Source: Fidelibacterota bacterium (GTDB lineage Bacteria; Fidelibacterota; Marinisomatia; Marinisomatales; Marinisomataceae). From it: 64,000 nucleotides of DNA. How positions within the stretch are numbered: position 1 is the stretch's first letter; the number at the start of each line of letters is the position of its first letter. The notes beneath the pieces are model-generated. The model was not told where the DNA came from. It saw nothing but the letters and a program-made list of their open reading frames with translations, and searched no databases. Positions 18,601 through 28,168 of this stretch are shown here, piece by piece. Location: the NCBI GenBank assembly GCA_018672235.1, contig JABHGE010000003.1:1-64000 (forward strand). The letters are read 5' to 3'. The position numbers and the translations under genes were made by a program.

Positions 18601-18837
18601 GTAACTCAAAATTGGAAATTAAATTATAATGCACGTTTCAGTATTAGCGATAAAGATATAGTTCGACATAATATTACCCTATATAGAGAAATAGATTGTT
18701 GGGAATTATTTATGGACTGGACCCCTACAGGTTATGCAAAAGGACTTTATTTTAGATTAAATTTAAAATCTGATATACTGAAAGATTTGAAAGTAGAACA
18801 AAAAACTGGATTATATAAGACTAGGTCAAGTTTTTAG
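15604..18837 (+). CDS. lptD: LPS-assembly protein LptD with extended OstA/LptA-like N-terminal region
   Basis: Signal peptide from ATG 15604; jellyroll-like repeats; FTSCD, RRSGWIMPSFG, LDGLGYYF and REIDCWE motifs. Confidence 0.85.
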   Translation: MVKKGFVLCFMCSFIFSQDKLLLKQADILTSSTTESETITKLDGNVVFQKTDTILKGNFANQSNQNSIINLYGDVSIEQPNQTIYCDSLSYDSDTEFFSMYGHIKIKNGSRLISADKATLDQNSNQINLIENCEISEKNNNKVYGDKIILDFKDESLQSLRVLSNGTILTQNSGYEKIDNQLQIIENEDILKGETIFASFQNDTIKTIEIVGMASTLIHLYNDSLYDGINEISGDKIILDIQNDSAKKLIAEGGIVGRYIPNDSNQSIQEEIDYTANRVEFEVEKKISEMYGVVKILHDRMDLSAAHINVDWSTNVLEAFSDNPFNEEEVNKPILIENNREPMTGDTMVYNIKSRKGKVLMGESRIQENVYMGSQITSVTDSTFYIDDCIFTSCDPSKFYIGSKQVKIIYGDKVIAKPLSIFIGGVPIIGIPIAIFPHSSSERRSGWIMPSFGSSENRGNYLDGLGYYFAVNDYIGSENSLIFADRQGLIIKSKNVYKDRYRFNGIFNFEVRKHLGDGESDIAQIGKNNKTDYSFDWNHSQILRNNQTFRGSASYYSNGEYNRETSIDPIKRLNQQAISNITYTKRWKTPNISISVNASNKQDLMSQNKVDTSSSFYQTPSSLSSTITEDTSTLPSINLRVARRKLFKNKSQDSWLGNIQWDYNSRIVNNSKNFYEAEESLDEDGTIAYRWKQNTSGNPESSNKLDAMFKNAFSINAPFTAFKYIAINPSIKMNSDFVNRYRVAEYDDTDILNFRYEDAIKNRTTGNLGLSLSTKIYGILPIRFNKIQSVRHVMTPSMRFNFSPDYLSNDSYFQSFNDEYYDYFSNSIIGSTPTISTKKLSLSLSNVFQAKIKKNDKEEKINILSWGISSGYNFNAETFKLSNISSSLRSNLKNGVSIDAHLTHDLYKFDDTTQTRINELDNFPRLTGVRLATNFTLRSKTQSSNEESEKELSDRTKAFLTDLSTNTWQSKIGISYTVNKINPSNTIENFWINTNTSVNVTQNWKLNYNARFSISDKDIVRHNITLYREIDCWELFMDWTPTGYAKGLYFRLNLKSDILKDLKVEQKTGLYKTRSSF

Positions 18838-18872
18838 GTGTTATTGCTTAAAAAAATTATTAATGTTGTTTT

Positions 18873-20105
18873 GTGAAATCTAAATATCAAAAAATTAAAG
18901 GTACCTTTGATATTCTTCCTCCTGATACGCAATTGTGGAAAGAAGTTGAAAATATCCTTCATAGCATAAGTGAACAATTTAGTTATGAAGAAATACGTAC
19001 CCCTGCACTTGAATCTATTAATCTATTTCAACAAAATGTTGGATATGAAACTGATGTATCAAAAGAAATGTTTGCTTGGGAGGATCAGTCTAACCAACAA
19101 GTGGCATTAAAGCCTGAAATGACTGCGCCAGTAGTACGTGCTTATATTGAAAGTGGATTTTTTAGAAGTAATCCATTATGTCGCTTATACTATATCGACT
19201 CTCTTTTCAGAAGAGAAAAGCCTCAAAAAGGTAGGCAGCGTCAATTTAACCAATTTGGTGTCGAAGCATTTGGTTCTTCTAGTATAGAACAAGATGTTGA
19301 AGTTATTCTCATGGCTACAACTTGCCTGAAGGCGCTCAGTATTAATGAAACCATATTACATATAAATAATATTGGTTCACCAGAAACTAGAATAAAATAT
19401 GAGCAGCTATTAAAAAAATATTTCTCACAAAATATTAAAGCTCTATCAGGTCTTTCTCAAAAAAGGCTGGATTCAAATCCAATCCGTATCCTTGATAGCA
19501 AGGAAAAGGAAGACAAACTTATTATTCAAAATGCACCTTTTATTAAAGAATTACTCACAGCCAAAGAAGTTGAAAATTTTAATACTCTATTAGCTAATCT
19601 TGATGCATTGAATATTCAGTATGTAGAGAGTCCACACTTAGTGCGTGGACTAGACTACTACAATGGAACTACCTTCGAGATCACTACTGAAAGTGACAAA
19701 TCGCAAAATGCATTATGTGGTGGTGGACGATATGACTTTTTAGTAGAGCAAATGGGTGGTCCATCAACTCCGGCAATTGGATTTGCAGCTGGAATTGAGC
19801 GCATGATTATTGAATCAAAACATCAGATTAAAAAGAATGCTATTGATATATATATTAGCTGTAATGAATCAATAAATAGTCAAAAATGTTTTGCTCTAAT
19901 ACAAAATTTAATAGAAAATGATTATAAAATATTTTTTGACACAAATAAAAAGAATCCTAAAAATCAAATCAAAGATGCATTAAAAAGAAACGCATCATTT
20001 ATATTAATGGTAGATCAAAATATGACCATAAAAAATATTAAGTCTAATGAAGAAAGTGCTGTTGCTGACTTTCAACAATTGCTTAATTTCCTAACGTTAC
20101 AATAA
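18873..20105 (+). CDS. hisS: Histidine--tRNA ligase
   Basis: FRREKPQKGRQRQFNQFG, LVRGLDYY and GGGRYD motifs; GTG start. Confidence 0.97.
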   Translation: MKSKYQKIKGTFDILPPDTQLWKEVENILHSISEQFSYEEIRTPALESINLFQQNVGYETDVSKEMFAWEDQSNQQVALKPEMTAPVVRAYIESGFFRSNPLCRLYYIDSLFRREKPQKGRQRQFNQFGVEAFGSSSIEQDVEVILMATTCLKALSINETILHINNIGSPETRIKYEQLLKKYFSQNIKALSGLSQKRLDSNPIRILDSKEKEDKLIIQNAPFIKELLTAKEVENFNTLLANLDALNIQYVESPHLVRGLDYYNGTTFEITTESDKSQNALCGGGRYDFLVEQMGGPSTPAIGFAAGIERMIIESKHQIKKNAIDIYISCNESINSQKCFALIQNLIENDYKIFFDTNKKNPKNQIKDALKRNASFILMVDQNMTIKNIKSNEESAVADFQQLLNFLTLQ

Positions 20106-20132
20106 TTTATATTTACTAATAAATATAAATTT

Positions 20133-20162
20133 TTGACAATTACTAATCAAACTATGTAAGTT
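20133..20162 (+). promoter_or_regulatory. Promoter of topA
   Basis: TTGACA-18-TAAGTT. Confidence 0.6.
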
Positions 20163-20173
20163 GGCATCCTAAT

Positions 20174-22609
20174 ATGCCTAATCAAGAAAAACTATTAATT
20201 ATTGTTGAGTCGCCTTCTAAAACTAAGACGATTGCAAAGTATATTGACAATGCTTCTGTCATAGCAAGCGTTGGCCACTTCAAAGATTTACCAAAAAAAG
20301 AAATGGGTATTGATATTGAAAATGACTTCGCTATGAAGATTCAAACAATGCCTGATAGAAAAAAATTTATTACTCAATTAAAGGCTGAAGTGAAGCTAGC
20401 TGACAGAATTCTTATCGCTACAGACCCAGATAGAGAAGGTGAAGCAATTGCAGCTGACATAGCATCAGAAATTAAACAGAATATTGAGAGAGTAGAATTT
20501 ACTGAGATTACCAAAACAGCAGTACAGTCAGCTATAAAAAATAGTAGAGATATTAATTATGATTTAGTAGATGCTCAGAGAGCAAGACGTGCTATTGATC
20601 GTATTGTAGGATTCACATTCTCTCCTGTTCTTTGGAAAACATTAAGATCTATAAAAAATACTGGCCTATCAGCAGGTAGAGTACAATCAGTAGCATTAAG
20701 GCTGTTAGTAGATCGCGAAAAAGATCGTAATAAATTTATAAAAAATACATTTTATTCAATCGAAGTTGATTTAAAAGAAGAAAGTCATATTGAAACATTT
20801 AAAGCTAAACTGGTTTCATATGATGGTCAAACTATAGCAAAGGGTGACGACTTTGGCAAGTTTTCTAGCGGATTAAAAAACGATAAATTGCTTTTAATTG
20901 ATGGAGAAAAAGCTAAAGAAATTAAAACAGATACTGAAAGCAATAATTGGGAGATTAGTAGCATTGAATCTAAACCTACCTCTAGTTCTCCTGCTCCACC
21001 ATTTACAACCAGCACTCTTCAACAAGACGCTTCTAGGAGATTTGGATATTCTCCTAAAAAAACAATGATGGTTGCCCAAAAATTATATGAGCAAGGATTT
21101 ATTACTTATATGAGAACTGATTCTACAAATCTTTCCAAAGAAGCTTTGGCCGCATCGAAAAAATTTATTTTAGATAAATTTGGTAAAGATTTTTTACCAG
21201 ATTCTTCCAATGTATATAAAAGCAAGGTAGCTAATGCGCAAGAAGCTCATGAAGCTATTAGGCCTGCAGGAACTACGTTCCAAGAGCCAGCTAAAATATT
21301 AAGCAGTGTTGGATCAGATGAAGGAAAATTATATGGTTTAATCTTGAACAGAACATTGGCATCTCAGATGAAGCCTGCGCAATACATTAGAACAAATATT
21401 GCACTTAAAAATGGCAAATCTATGTACAAAGCAAGTGGTAATATCACAACATTTAAAGGGTATACAGCAGTTTATGAGCAAGCACTTTCTAGAAATCAGA
21501 AAGCTATTGTTACTGCTCTACCTCCAATCGAAAATAATTCTAAGATTTTACATACGAATATAGATACTCTTGAAAAAAACACTACACCCCCGAGAAGATT
21601 TTCAGAAGCTATGCTTGTAAAAGAAATGGAAGCTAGGGGTATTGGACGTCCATCTACTTATTCAGCTATATTAGATAAGCTTGTAAAAAAAGAATACGTA
21701 GTTAAGCAAAACAAAGCTCTTATTCCTACCTTTGTTGGGATTGCCGTTACTCAATTATTAGAAAATCATTATTTATCATTATTTAATGAAAAATTTACCG
21801 CCGGTATGGAGCAACAGCTAGATGCTATATCTAGATCTGAAAGTACTTATTTAAGTGTTCTACAAGAATTTTATAATGGTAAAGAAGATTATGCGGGCGT
21901 AGCTAAACTCTTAGAAGAAGAAATAGATATTGCAAAAGCATGTACTGTCAATATATCTGAAAAAACTAACATACGTATTGGAAAATTTGGACCATATGTA
22001 GAAAAAGATGGCACCAATGTCACAATACCACAAGACTTATTCCTGGGCGATTTAAATCAAGAGCAAATAGACAAGCTTAGCTCTATGCAAAAAGAAGATA
22101 ATATTATTGGAACATTCAATGGTGGAGAAAATATTCTTTTAAAAGTCGGACGTTATGGACCTTATGTAGAATTACAAGAAAGTAAAAAAAGAGCTTCTAT
22201 CCCAAAAGGTACCGCTAACGAAGATATAACAGAAAAAATGGCTTCAGACTTGTTAAGCTTACCAAAAACCCTGGGTAATCACCCTGATACTGGAGAAGAT
22301 ATATTAGCTACTTTTGGTCCTTATGGCCCATATGTAAAATGTGGGAAGATTAATGCGTCTATGAAATCTACTGACAGCCCTCTAACTATCAGCTTAGAAG
22401 ACGCTATTAAGCTTATTAAAGATAGAAAATTAAAATTTGAACCAACAATTCTAGGGTCTGATCCAAAAACAAAGAAGGATATTGCTATTAAAAGAGGTCG
22501 ATTTGGGCCATATGTAACAGACGGGAAAAAGAATGTATCCCTTAAGGGATATACTATTGAAGATGTTACATTGGAAGAAGCCATTAAATTATTAGCAGAA
22601 AAAAAATGA
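20174..22609 (+). CDS. topA: DNA topoisomerase I (no Zn ribbons; four C-terminal GxxGPYV repeats)
   Basis: IVESPSK, ATDPDREGE, SAGRVQS, ITYMRTDS and AHEAIRP motifs. Confidence 0.98.
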   Translation: MPNQEKLLIIVESPSKTKTIAKYIDNASVIASVGHFKDLPKKEMGIDIENDFAMKIQTMPDRKKFITQLKAEVKLADRILIATDPDREGEAIAADIASEIKQNIERVEFTEITKTAVQSAIKNSRDINYDLVDAQRARRAIDRIVGFTFSPVLWKTLRSIKNTGLSAGRVQSVALRLLVDREKDRNKFIKNTFYSIEVDLKEESHIETFKAKLVSYDGQTIAKGDDFGKFSSGLKNDKLLLIDGEKAKEIKTDTESNNWEISSIESKPTSSSPAPPFTTSTLQQDASRRFGYSPKKTMMVAQKLYEQGFITYMRTDSTNLSKEALAASKKFILDKFGKDFLPDSSNVYKSKVANAQEAHEAIRPAGTTFQEPAKILSSVGSDEGKLYGLILNRTLASQMKPAQYIRTNIALKNGKSMYKASGNITTFKGYTAVYEQALSRNQKAIVTALPPIENNSKILHTNIDTLEKNTTPPRRFSEAMLVKEMEARGIGRPSTYSAILDKLVKKEYVVKQNKALIPTFVGIAVTQLLENHYLSLFNEKFTAGMEQQLDAISRSESTYLSVLQEFYNGKEDYAGVAKLLEEEIDIAKACTVNISEKTNIRIGKFGPYVEKDGTNVTIPQDLFLGDLNQEQIDKLSSMQKEDNIIGTFNGGENILLKVGRYGPYVELQESKKRASIPKGTANEDITEKMASDLLSLPKTLGNHPDTGEDILATFGPYGPYVKCGKINASMKSTDSPLTISLEDAIKLIKDRKLKFEPTILGSDPKTKKDIAIKRGRFGPYVTDGKKNVSLKGYTIEDVTLEEAIKLLAEKK

Positions 22610-22959
22610 CAAAAAAAGTTTTTTTAATCCTATGCACCTTCACTTTTCTCTTTAGCTTTCAGTCTTCATTGGAAGATCGTCTATACTCTTTAAACCGACA
22701 ATTAATGTGTCCAATATGTGATGGACTTACCTTAGAACAATCTCAAGCAAGTGTGGCTGTAGAAATGCGATCAGAAATTAGAAAAATGGTTATCAAAGGA
22801 ATGAGTGATCAAGAGATCAAAGATTATTATGTAGAAAAATATGGCTTATATATATTGGCAAATCCTCCAAAAAATGGATTTGATTCTCTAGTTTTTATTG
22901 CTCCATTACTGTTTGGATTGCTTGGATTAATAATATTGTACAAGTATTTATTTTCTTAA
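22606..22959 (+). CDS. ccmH: Cytochrome c-type biogenesis protein CcmH/NrfF (short form)
   Basis: LMCPICDGLTLEQS and YVEKYG motifs; C-terminal TM segment. Confidence 0.8.
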   Translation: MTKKVFLILCTFTFLFSFQSSLEDRLYSLNRQLMCPICDGLTLEQSQASVAVEMRSEIRKMVIKGMSDQEIKDYYVEKYGLYILANPPKNGFDSLVFIAPLLFGLLGLIILYKYLFS

Positions 22960-22981
22960 CTACTATACTTAAATTATTTAG

Positions 22982-24421
22982 ATGAACAAACAACACTTAG
23001 ATAAAATTATTTCGCTATGCAAGAGGAAAGGGTTTGTATTTCCTAACTCTGAAATCTATGGCGGACTTAAGGCTTCCTACGATTATGGACCTTTAGGCGT
23101 AGAGCTTAAAAAATTAATATCAGAGCTGTGGTGGAAAGAAATGACACAGTCTCATCAAAATATTGTAGGGCTTGATAGTGCAATCATGGTGCATCCAGAA
23201 GTATGGGAAGCTAGTGGACATATTGCAAATTTTAATGACCCAATGACCGACAATAAAGATAATAAAAAAAGATATCGCATAGATGATCTCCTATCTCGAC
23301 AAAAATCAAAAGTAATTGATGCTATTTGCAGTGAACTGAACATGAAAAATACTAAAAATGATGATATCTATAATGATATTGCACAAACCTTACTATCCAA
23401 TGGATCTAAGTCTGATGGAGTTTTAGAAAGTGCTGGAGTTATTGATCCATATTCTGGTTCAATTGGAAAATGGACTAGTGCTGTACAATTCAATCTAATG
23501 TTTAAAACAGACTCTGGCCCTTCTGAAAAAACAGGAAAAAGTATATACCTTAGACCTGAAACTGCGCAAGGAATTTTTATTAATTATTTATTGGTACAAA
23601 ACACTATGAGATTAAAAGTGCCATTTGGTATTGCCCAAATTGGGAAAGCATTCCGTAATGAAATTGTAGCGAGAAATTTTATTTTTAGAACTAGAGAATT
23701 TGAACAAATGGAGATGCAATACTTTGTACATCCATCAGAAGATGATATTAGTATGGAGCTATGGAAACAGAAACGATTAGATTTTTATTTAAACCATCTA
23801 GGTATTAAATCTGAAAATCTAAAATTTCACCAACACAATGAAGATGCACTAGCTCACTATGCAAAAGATGCATATGATATTGAATATAATTTCCCATTTG
23901 GATGGGGTGAGGTTGAAGGAATTCATAATAGAACAGATTTTGATCTTAAGCAGCATGAAAAATTTTCGGGTAAAAATATGACTTATTTTGATACAAAATC
24001 TCAGGAGAAATATCATCCCTATATTATTGAAACTTCTACAGGATTAAACCGACTTTTTTTAATGGTCTTATGTGAATCATACTTTGAAGACGCTGAAAAT
24101 AATAGAGTGGTATTGCAACTACCTTATGATTTAGCTCCTATTAAAGCAGTGGTTTGTCCTTTAGTGAAAAAAGATGGGTTACCGGAAAAAGCAATGTCTG
24201 TATTTGATACACTAAATAAAGAATTCCCCTGCATATACGATGAACAGGGATCTATTGGGAAACGATATTACCGACAAGATGAAGCTGGAACTCCATTTGG
24301 AATTACACTTGATCATCAAACACTAGAAGATGAGTCTGTAACAATACGTGAGCGAGATTCAATGAAACAAACACGTGTCTCTATTGATAAAATCTCTGCT
24401 TTTATTCATGATAATAAATAG
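22982..24421 (+). CDS. glyQS: Glycine--tRNA ligase (dimeric type)
   Basis: YDYGPLG, LRPETAQGIF, FRTREFEQME and IGKRYYRQDE motifs. Confidence 0.97.
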   Translation: MNKQHLDKIISLCKRKGFVFPNSEIYGGLKASYDYGPLGVELKKLISELWWKEMTQSHQNIVGLDSAIMVHPEVWEASGHIANFNDPMTDNKDNKKRYRIDDLLSRQKSKVIDAICSELNMKNTKNDDIYNDIAQTLLSNGSKSDGVLESAGVIDPYSGSIGKWTSAVQFNLMFKTDSGPSEKTGKSIYLRPETAQGIFINYLLVQNTMRLKVPFGIAQIGKAFRNEIVARNFIFRTREFEQMEMQYFVHPSEDDISMELWKQKRLDFYLNHLGIKSENLKFHQHNEDALAHYAKDAYDIEYNFPFGWGEVEGIHNRTDFDLKQHEKFSGKNMTYFDTKSQEKYHPYIIETSTGLNRLFLMVLCESYFEDAENNRVVLQLPYDLAPIKAVVCPLVKKDGLPEKAMSVFDTLNKEFPCIYDEQGSIGKRYYRQDEAGTPFGITLDHQTLEDESVTIRERDSMKQTRVSIDKISAFIHDNK

Positions 24422-24433
24422 GAAGATTATAAT

Positions 24434-25162
24434 ATGAGATCTGCTAACCCTGCATTAAATAATAACACTTTTAGAAATACTAGACGGGTTGCTCAATCCG
24501 AGGCGATGACTATTGATGGAACAGTTAATAAAACTGCGCTAGGCCTACTGCTGCTTATGACGTCGGCTATCTATAGCTGGAATAATCCTGCAACAGCTTT
24601 GATGCTATTTTGGCCAATCACTATTTTTACTTTCATATTACTGATGATTACTATCTTTAATAAGAAAGCTGCACCATATACTGTGCCGCTTTATTGTCTT
24701 GCTGAAGGAGTAGTTCTTGGTGGTATATCTGCTATGGCAGACGCCATGTACCCTGGCATCGCTAATCAAGCTATTTTTTTAACATTTGGAATTTTAATAG
24801 CTCTATTGCTGTTATATAAAAGCAAACTTATTGAGGTGACAGATAATTTTAGATTGGGTGTATTTTCTGCAACTTTTGGCATTTTAATTGTTTATGTCTT
24901 AAATATGATATTATCATTTTTCGGGGTCTCGTTTATGGGATCGCTCTTTGGAAATGGAACTACTGGTATTTTATTTTCATTATTTGTTATTGGAATCGCA
25001 TCCATGAATTTAGTCTTAGATTTTGATTTTATAGAGAAGGGAGCAGCAAATGGTGCCCCTAAATATATGGAATGGTATGGTACATTTGGGTTAATGATTA
25101 CCTTAATTTGGCTCTATATTGAAATTCTAAATCTTCTGATGAAACTGCGTAGTAGAAGATAG
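24434..25162 (+). CDS. Bax inhibitor-1/YccA family membrane protein
   Basis: MTIDGTVNKT and LVLDFDFIEKG..APKYMEWY motifs. Confidence 0.9.
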   Translation: MRSANPALNNNTFRNTRRVAQSEAMTIDGTVNKTALGLLLLMTSAIYSWNNPATALMLFWPITIFTFILLMITIFNKKAAPYTVPLYCLAEGVVLGGISAMADAMYPGIANQAIFLTFGILIALLLLYKSKLIEVTDNFRLGVFSATFGILIVYVLNMILSFFGVSFMGSLFGNGTTGILFSLFVIGIASMNLVLDFDFIEKGAANGAPKYMEWYGTFGLMITLIWLYIEILNLLMKLRSRR

Positions 25163-25183
25163 CAATCCTTCCTCTTTAAAAGA

Positions 25184-25213
25184 TTGACATTAAGCTCCTC
25201 TTACAACTAAGTT
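25184..25213 (+). promoter_or_regulatory. Promoter of the TonB-dependent receptor
   Basis: TTGACA-18-TAAGTT. Confidence 0.65.
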
Positions 25214-25301
25214 ACATCAACTAAGGGTAAATTCATCTCTATAGAGATAGAGGTGCGTACCAAATTTTTATTAATATGTACATAAAAAAAGGAAAAAAAC
25301 A

Positions 25302-28094
25302 ATGAGAAAGCTATATAATATGATAGCACTAGTTATGATATCCGGCTTTATGTTTGCACAAGGTTCAGTCTCAGGTACCGTGACTGACGGAGCAGGTAAT
25401 GCTCTTTTTGGTGCAAATGTAACAGTTGAAGGAACATCATCTGGTGCTGCAACAGCAGCCGACGGATCATATTCAGTCGACGGTGTTGAAGGTGGTTCGT
25501 TTACCGTAACCGCTTCATACATTGGATATGAATCTGCAAGTGTTTCTGTAAATGTAGATGGTTCTGCAACCGCAAACTTTTCACTAGCATCTAGTGCAGT
25601 TTCTGGTAATTTAATCTCAGTTCTTGGATCTCGTTTTGCAAGAAATGTAGACGAACAAGCAGTTCCAGTAGAAGTCATTACTGAGCTTGAAATTCGTGCA
25701 TCTGGTTTCACAGAAACTAGTGAACTATTACAAGCATTAGTTCCATCATATAATTCGCCTAAAGGCTATATTACAGATGGTTCAGACCATATGAGACCTG
25801 CTACTTTACGTGGTATGGCGCCAAATCAGACTCTAGTACTAGTAAATGGTAAAAGACGTCATCAAGGTGCATTAGTACACGTAAATGGTTCAGTCGGTCG
25901 TGGTTCAACTCAGGTTGACTTGAACGCTATCCCAGCAAGTGCAATCGCTAAGATTGAGGTCTTGCGTGATGGTGCTGCGGCGAAATACGGTTCTGACGCT
26001 GTCGCAGGTGTTATTAATTTAATATTAAAAGAATCAGGTGGAGCAGACATGAGTATTACCTATGGTCAAAATTTTTCTTATTTTGATCGAGGTTATGCTG
26101 CAGGTGAAGGCTTATTACCTGGTCAAGATGACAGCTCATACGGTTGGGATCTTGATGGTGAAGGTTACAATGAAGGTACTGGATATTTGCCATATACCGC
26201 AGCTCGCGGATGGGCACGTTCAGGAAATGAAACTGTTTTAAAAACAGATGGAAGAAGTCTAGTTATTCACGCTGGTAACGGCATGGAAGTACTGGGCGGA
26301 AATCTATACATAAGTGGTCAAATTCGTGACGGTGGTCGTTCAAACCGTGCGGGTCTTGATCCAAGAAGACAGTATTTCGCTGGTATGGATGCAGAAGAAG
26401 CTGCATTTGACAGAGAAAATCATCGTATTGGTGCTGGTGAATTCGAGCAAGTAAGTATGATGTGGAATGGTAGTTTCCCTATGGAACGTGGCACTTTATA
26501 CACATTTGGTGGATTTAATACACGAAATGGTGAAAGTGGATGTTACTACAGAAGAGCACAAGATAACCGTACTCTTCGCGCATGGTATCCAGATGGATTC
26601 TTACCTTTAATTAGCCCAGAACTTTCAGACAAATCTTTTGCAGTTGGAATGAAAGGTCTTATGGGAGACTATGCTTACGATCTAAGTGTTAACACTGGAT
26701 CAAATGATTTTAAATGGAGAATGACAAATAGTCATAATGCAACTTATGGTACTGGACCAGGACAACAGTCTGAGTTTGACCTAGGAACATTAGGCTATTC
26801 TCAAACTACCGTTAATTTTGACTTAACAAAACAAGTGGAAATGGATGGATTTGCTGGACCAGTAAGTCTTGCTATGGGTGCTGAAATGCGTATGGAAAAC
26901 TATACTATTGAAGCCGGTGAAGAAGCAGGTTATGCTGACGGCGGTTTTGATGTATTAGATGGTCCAAATGCAGGAGCTGGTGCCGCAGTTGGTTGTCAAT
27001 GTTTACCAGGATTATCTCCTACAAATGAGCAAGATCGTGACAGAGATGCGGTTAGTGTCTATGTTGATGCTGAAGCAGACGTTCTTGAAAACTTATTAGT
27101 AAACGTTGCGTTAAGAACAGAAAATTATAGCGATTTTGGAGCAACAACTAATGGTAAAGTTGCTGTAAGATATGAGATACAAGATGGTGTAGCTGCTAGA
27201 GGTTCGTTTAGCACAGGATTTAGAGCACCGGCTTTACAAGAAGCTTATTTCTCATCTATTGCAACTAACTTTATCGATGGAATACCTTACGAAGTAGGAA
27301 CTTTTCCAAACGATTCAGAACCAGCTATCGCTCTAGGAGCAAAAGACCTTGAGCCAGAAACATCAACAAACCTTTCAATGGGTATGACTTATAAAGATGA
27401 TACCTTCACTTTAGCAGTAGATGCTTATCAAATTAAAGTAGATGATCGTATTACTATGAGTGAAACATTTAATGGTTCAGGTGCTACTTCTGATATGGCA
27501 ACATTCTTTGCTGACAGAAATATCCCTGCAGTTGGTGGTAGATACTTCTTTAATGGAATTAATACTGAAACAAACGGTTTAGACATAGTTGCGACTATGA
27601 CTCAAGACCTTTCAAATGGTTCACTGCTATTAAAAGCAGCTATGAACTTTAACGATACTGAAGTTACAAACAAGGGCGACCTAGTAACTCCATCAGAATT
27701 AGCTGACTACACAACAGATGAGTTGTTAGGCCGTGCTAATACTGTTAGATTTGAAAGCTCATCTCCTGCAGAGATGTTCCAATTCTCAGCAAGAGTTCAA
27801 AGACCAACTTCAACATGGATGGTTAAAATGAATCGTTGGGGTGAAGTAACAATTCCTTCAGGAACTGTTGAAAGAGAACAAGTATTAAGTGGAAAATGGA
27901 CTACAGACATGGAATACTCATTCCAAGCAACTAGTCAAGTACGTGTTTCATTTGGTATGAATAATGTTTTCGATGTTTACCCAGACAAAACAGTTAAAAG
28001 AAATAGTTTCAATGGAATATTCCAGCATTCTGGATATAGTCCATTTGGATTTAACGGACGTTACGTATACACTCGTTTAGATATGACTCTATAA
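25302..28094 (+). CDS. TonB-dependent receptor with N-terminal carboxypeptidase-regulatory-like domain
   Basis: Plug motifs LRGMAPNQTLVLVNGKRRH and IEVLRDGAAAKYGSDAVAGVIN; terminal NNVFDVYP...GRYVY. Confidence 0.96.
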   Translation: MRKLYNMIALVMISGFMFAQGSVSGTVTDGAGNALFGANVTVEGTSSGAATAADGSYSVDGVEGGSFTVTASYIGYESASVSVNVDGSATANFSLASSAVSGNLISVLGSRFARNVDEQAVPVEVITELEIRASGFTETSELLQALVPSYNSPKGYITDGSDHMRPATLRGMAPNQTLVLVNGKRRHQGALVHVNGSVGRGSTQVDLNAIPASAIAKIEVLRDGAAAKYGSDAVAGVINLILKESGGADMSITYGQNFSYFDRGYAAGEGLLPGQDDSSYGWDLDGEGYNEGTGYLPYTAARGWARSGNETVLKTDGRSLVIHAGNGMEVLGGNLYISGQIRDGGRSNRAGLDPRRQYFAGMDAEEAAFDRENHRIGAGEFEQVSMMWNGSFPMERGTLYTFGGFNTRNGESGCYYRRAQDNRTLRAWYPDGFLPLISPELSDKSFAVGMKGLMGDYAYDLSVNTGSNDFKWRMTNSHNATYGTGPGQQSEFDLGTLGYSQTTVNFDLTKQVEMDGFAGPVSLAMGAEMRMENYTIEAGEEAGYADGGFDVLDGPNAGAGAAVGCQCLPGLSPTNEQDRDRDAVSVYVDAEADVLENLLVNVALRTENYSDFGATTNGKVAVRYEIQDGVAARGSFSTGFRAPALQEAYFSSIATNFIDGIPYEVGTFPNDSEPAIALGAKDLEPETSTNLSMGMTYKDDTFTLAVDAYQIKVDDRITMSETFNGSGATSDMATFFADRNIPAVGGRYFFNGINTETNGLDIVATMTQDLSNGSLLLKAAMNFNDTEVTNKGDLVTPSELADYTTDELLGRANTVRFESSSPAEMFQFSARVQRPTSTWMVKMNRWGEVTIPSGTVEREQVLSGKWTTDMEYSFQATSQVRVSFGMNNVFDVYPDKTVKRNSFNGIFQHSGYSPFGFNGRYVYTRLDMTL

Positions 28095-28119
28095 TTAATA
28101 CCGTTACATAACTGAATAA

Positions 28120-28156
28120 AATAAAAAGCCTCTATTTTTTGTAGAGGCTTTTTATT
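28120..28156 (+). terminator. Intrinsic (bidirectional-type) terminator
   Basis: AATAAAAAGCCTCTA-N7-TAGAGGCTTTTTATT. Confidence 0.9.
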
Positions 28157-28168
28157 ATCTTTCATATC

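Noticed and set aside
21960..22609. Repeats at the TopA C-terminus as a novel domain
   Set aside because: These are the known topoisomerase C-terminal GxxGPY repeats that replace Zn ribbons in many lineages.
25271..25711. 146-aa antisense ORF and the other short ORFs nested in long genes (e.g. 10756-11043, 14208-14537, 14862-15182, 43543-44433, 51588-51932, 63678-63980)
   Set aside because: Shadow frames of well-supported genes, with no recognisable motifs or initiation signals.
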